Below the pieces are notes generated by a model that was not told the DNA's origin, ran no database searches, and saw only the letters and a list, made by a program, of their open reading frames with translations. A DNA stretch of 63,915 nt, filler included, from Squatina squatina (taxonomy: Eukaryota), in the NCBI GenBank assembly GCA_031763465.1. It is 4 parts of 4 records of this genome, joined end to end, with 100 filler letters (N's around TTAATTAATTAA, not from the genome) between each part and the next. Parts side by side here need not be neighbours in the genome. Positions count along the whole stretch, not along the records: positions 51,602 to 63,915 come from JARFOE010000046.1; 3 more parts are not named here. One strand, 5' to 3'. The position numbers were made by a program, and so were the translations under genes. Below, piece by piece: positions 62,366 to 63,915 of this stretch (position 1 is the first letter of the stretch; every line of letters starts with the position of its first letter).

Positions 62366-63071
62366 GGGCCCCAGTTTGATCAGCAGCGCTACTCGGGCGC
62401 GAAAGCGACACGGAAAAAAAATTACTGGTTTGCCTATTGGGCCCGGCGCCCCAGCAACGCTCAGCCCTCGTTGTCAGGGACGCCATCAGATCACGCATTG
62501 ACCATTTTACGCTGGCTCCCCTGTGCGCCGCAGGTGAGCCGCCTCCGGATTTGGAGGCCGGCTCACCCGCGGCGCCATTGGCTACAGGTTGCTCAGGCAC
62601 ATTAAAGGCGCAGGTCCTGCTCCGGCGGCCACCATCAGCTGGCTTTCTTGTCGGACGATTTGTGGCGGCCAACTGACCCTCTGTGGCTGGCACCCCCTTT
62701 TTTTCCGGCATGCTCTCTGGCGGCTGGCACCTTTTCGCGCCTGGTCCCGGGTCCCCGGTGGTCCACCAGCCCTGGATCCCGAATCGCCGTTTAAGCCTGC
62801 GGCCCTTGTCTTGAAGGCAGGGGGCAGGGCTGCGGCTTGCACATGCACGGCTGTGCCGGCGGCTTGGCTCGCGCCATACTGCCAGCGCAACTCGGCAGTG
62901 GCCAGGTCAGCGCTGGGGCAACGCTTGCTTAGTGTTGCCATGTTACGCTGACCCAGAACAATGACAAAGTCACCAAGGCCGCTCACCTGGCCCTCGCTCC
63001 TGCCTCAGCGCACCCCCGGCTAGGGGCTCCCGAATGCTGCGGCCCATTTCGGGCCACTCCAATTGGGGCCC
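62366..63071. mobile_element. Complete-looking ~706-bp non-autonomous DNA transposon (Harbinger-like TIR)
   Basis: Terminal inverted repeats GGGCCCCAGTT / AATTGGGGCCC (10 of 11 match), GC-rich body, homologous to 1255-1740. Confidence 0.7.
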
Positions 63072-63915
63072 CTCTGTCCTTATCTACCTTGTTTCCTGTG
63101 CATTGGGCTTCTAGTCAAATGTGACCAGATTGAAACTCATCAATACAAACAGTCCATTCAACAATTCGGATAATACGGATCCAATTGTTAGCACACTGGC
63201 AATTCACATAATTCACATGTTGGTGTCTGTGTGAAATGCTCACCATGCCTACCCTGATGGCTGGGATAATAAGGATTTCACAATAGCAAAGCAAGCAAGT
63301 TTTAACAAAACACAGGAAATTGGAACATGAATGCAGTCATGACCGCTTTACAATCGGTGACCCCACCTGCTCTGGGAACAATGAGACAGTTTTGGACTCT
63401 GAACCAGCTAACTACTGTTTTGAAATCGAATACATCAATACTTGTGATGCAGTTAAACACCAGTAAGGTGAGGAGGACTGGTCTGTTTTAGTGTAACTTG
63501 CCTGTGCAATAGTATAGCTCGATTTAAAAAAAAAGTAGACTTCTTTCATTAAAATGCAGAATGATGGGATTTATAATTCAGAAGTCTGAATCAGTGTGTT
63601 TGTTTTTTTACTTCCACAGTTTTAGAAATGAACACACAACAACAACTTGATAGAGGGGATATGGGGTCGGAGGCCCAGCTTAGGGTCTAATAGAATGCTG
63701 AGGCTACAAATAGTCTGGCTCAGCCTTGGACAGTGGCCGGGGAGTGGGATGAAACAAAGTTTGTGGCCGAAGACAATAGCTTCCCCAACGCTGGGGTCCT
63801 TTGTAATGGGGGGGCGGGGGGGGGCGGAGGGAGCGGAGGGAAGTGCTCTTTCTCCTCCTGGCCCACAAGCAGTGCTGTAAAGGCGCTTTGGGTGCCCAAT
63901 TCGATTGCGCTAACT

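Overview
This is vertebrate nuclear DNA from a fragmented, gap-rich draft assembly. It is almost certainly a cartilaginous fish, judging from the repeats: CR1 3' tails, L2, Deu-domain SINEs, Tx1 fragments and many Harbinger-like elements. The one confidently recognised gene is FREM2. Most of its giant first coding exon (CSPG/cadherin-like repeats) lies on the minus strand at 36293-40063, broken by N gaps and by a 143-bp non-FREM segment. Three minus-strand exons with canonical splice sites (12645-12806, 8284-8441, 6024-6121) encode part of an unrecognised coiled-coil protein. The rest is mostly decayed and nested transposable elements. Three gaps contain a synthetic six-frame-stop linker (N44-TTAATTAATTAA-N44), so the window is probably at least four joined segments whose adjacency is unproven. 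I found no convincing new biological system. The best leads are the uncharacterised spliced gene, a ~12-kb CpG-retaining domain, the interrupted FREM2 exon and several hairpin/MITE families. All family assignments come from recalled motifs, not database searches, and repeat boundaries are approximate.
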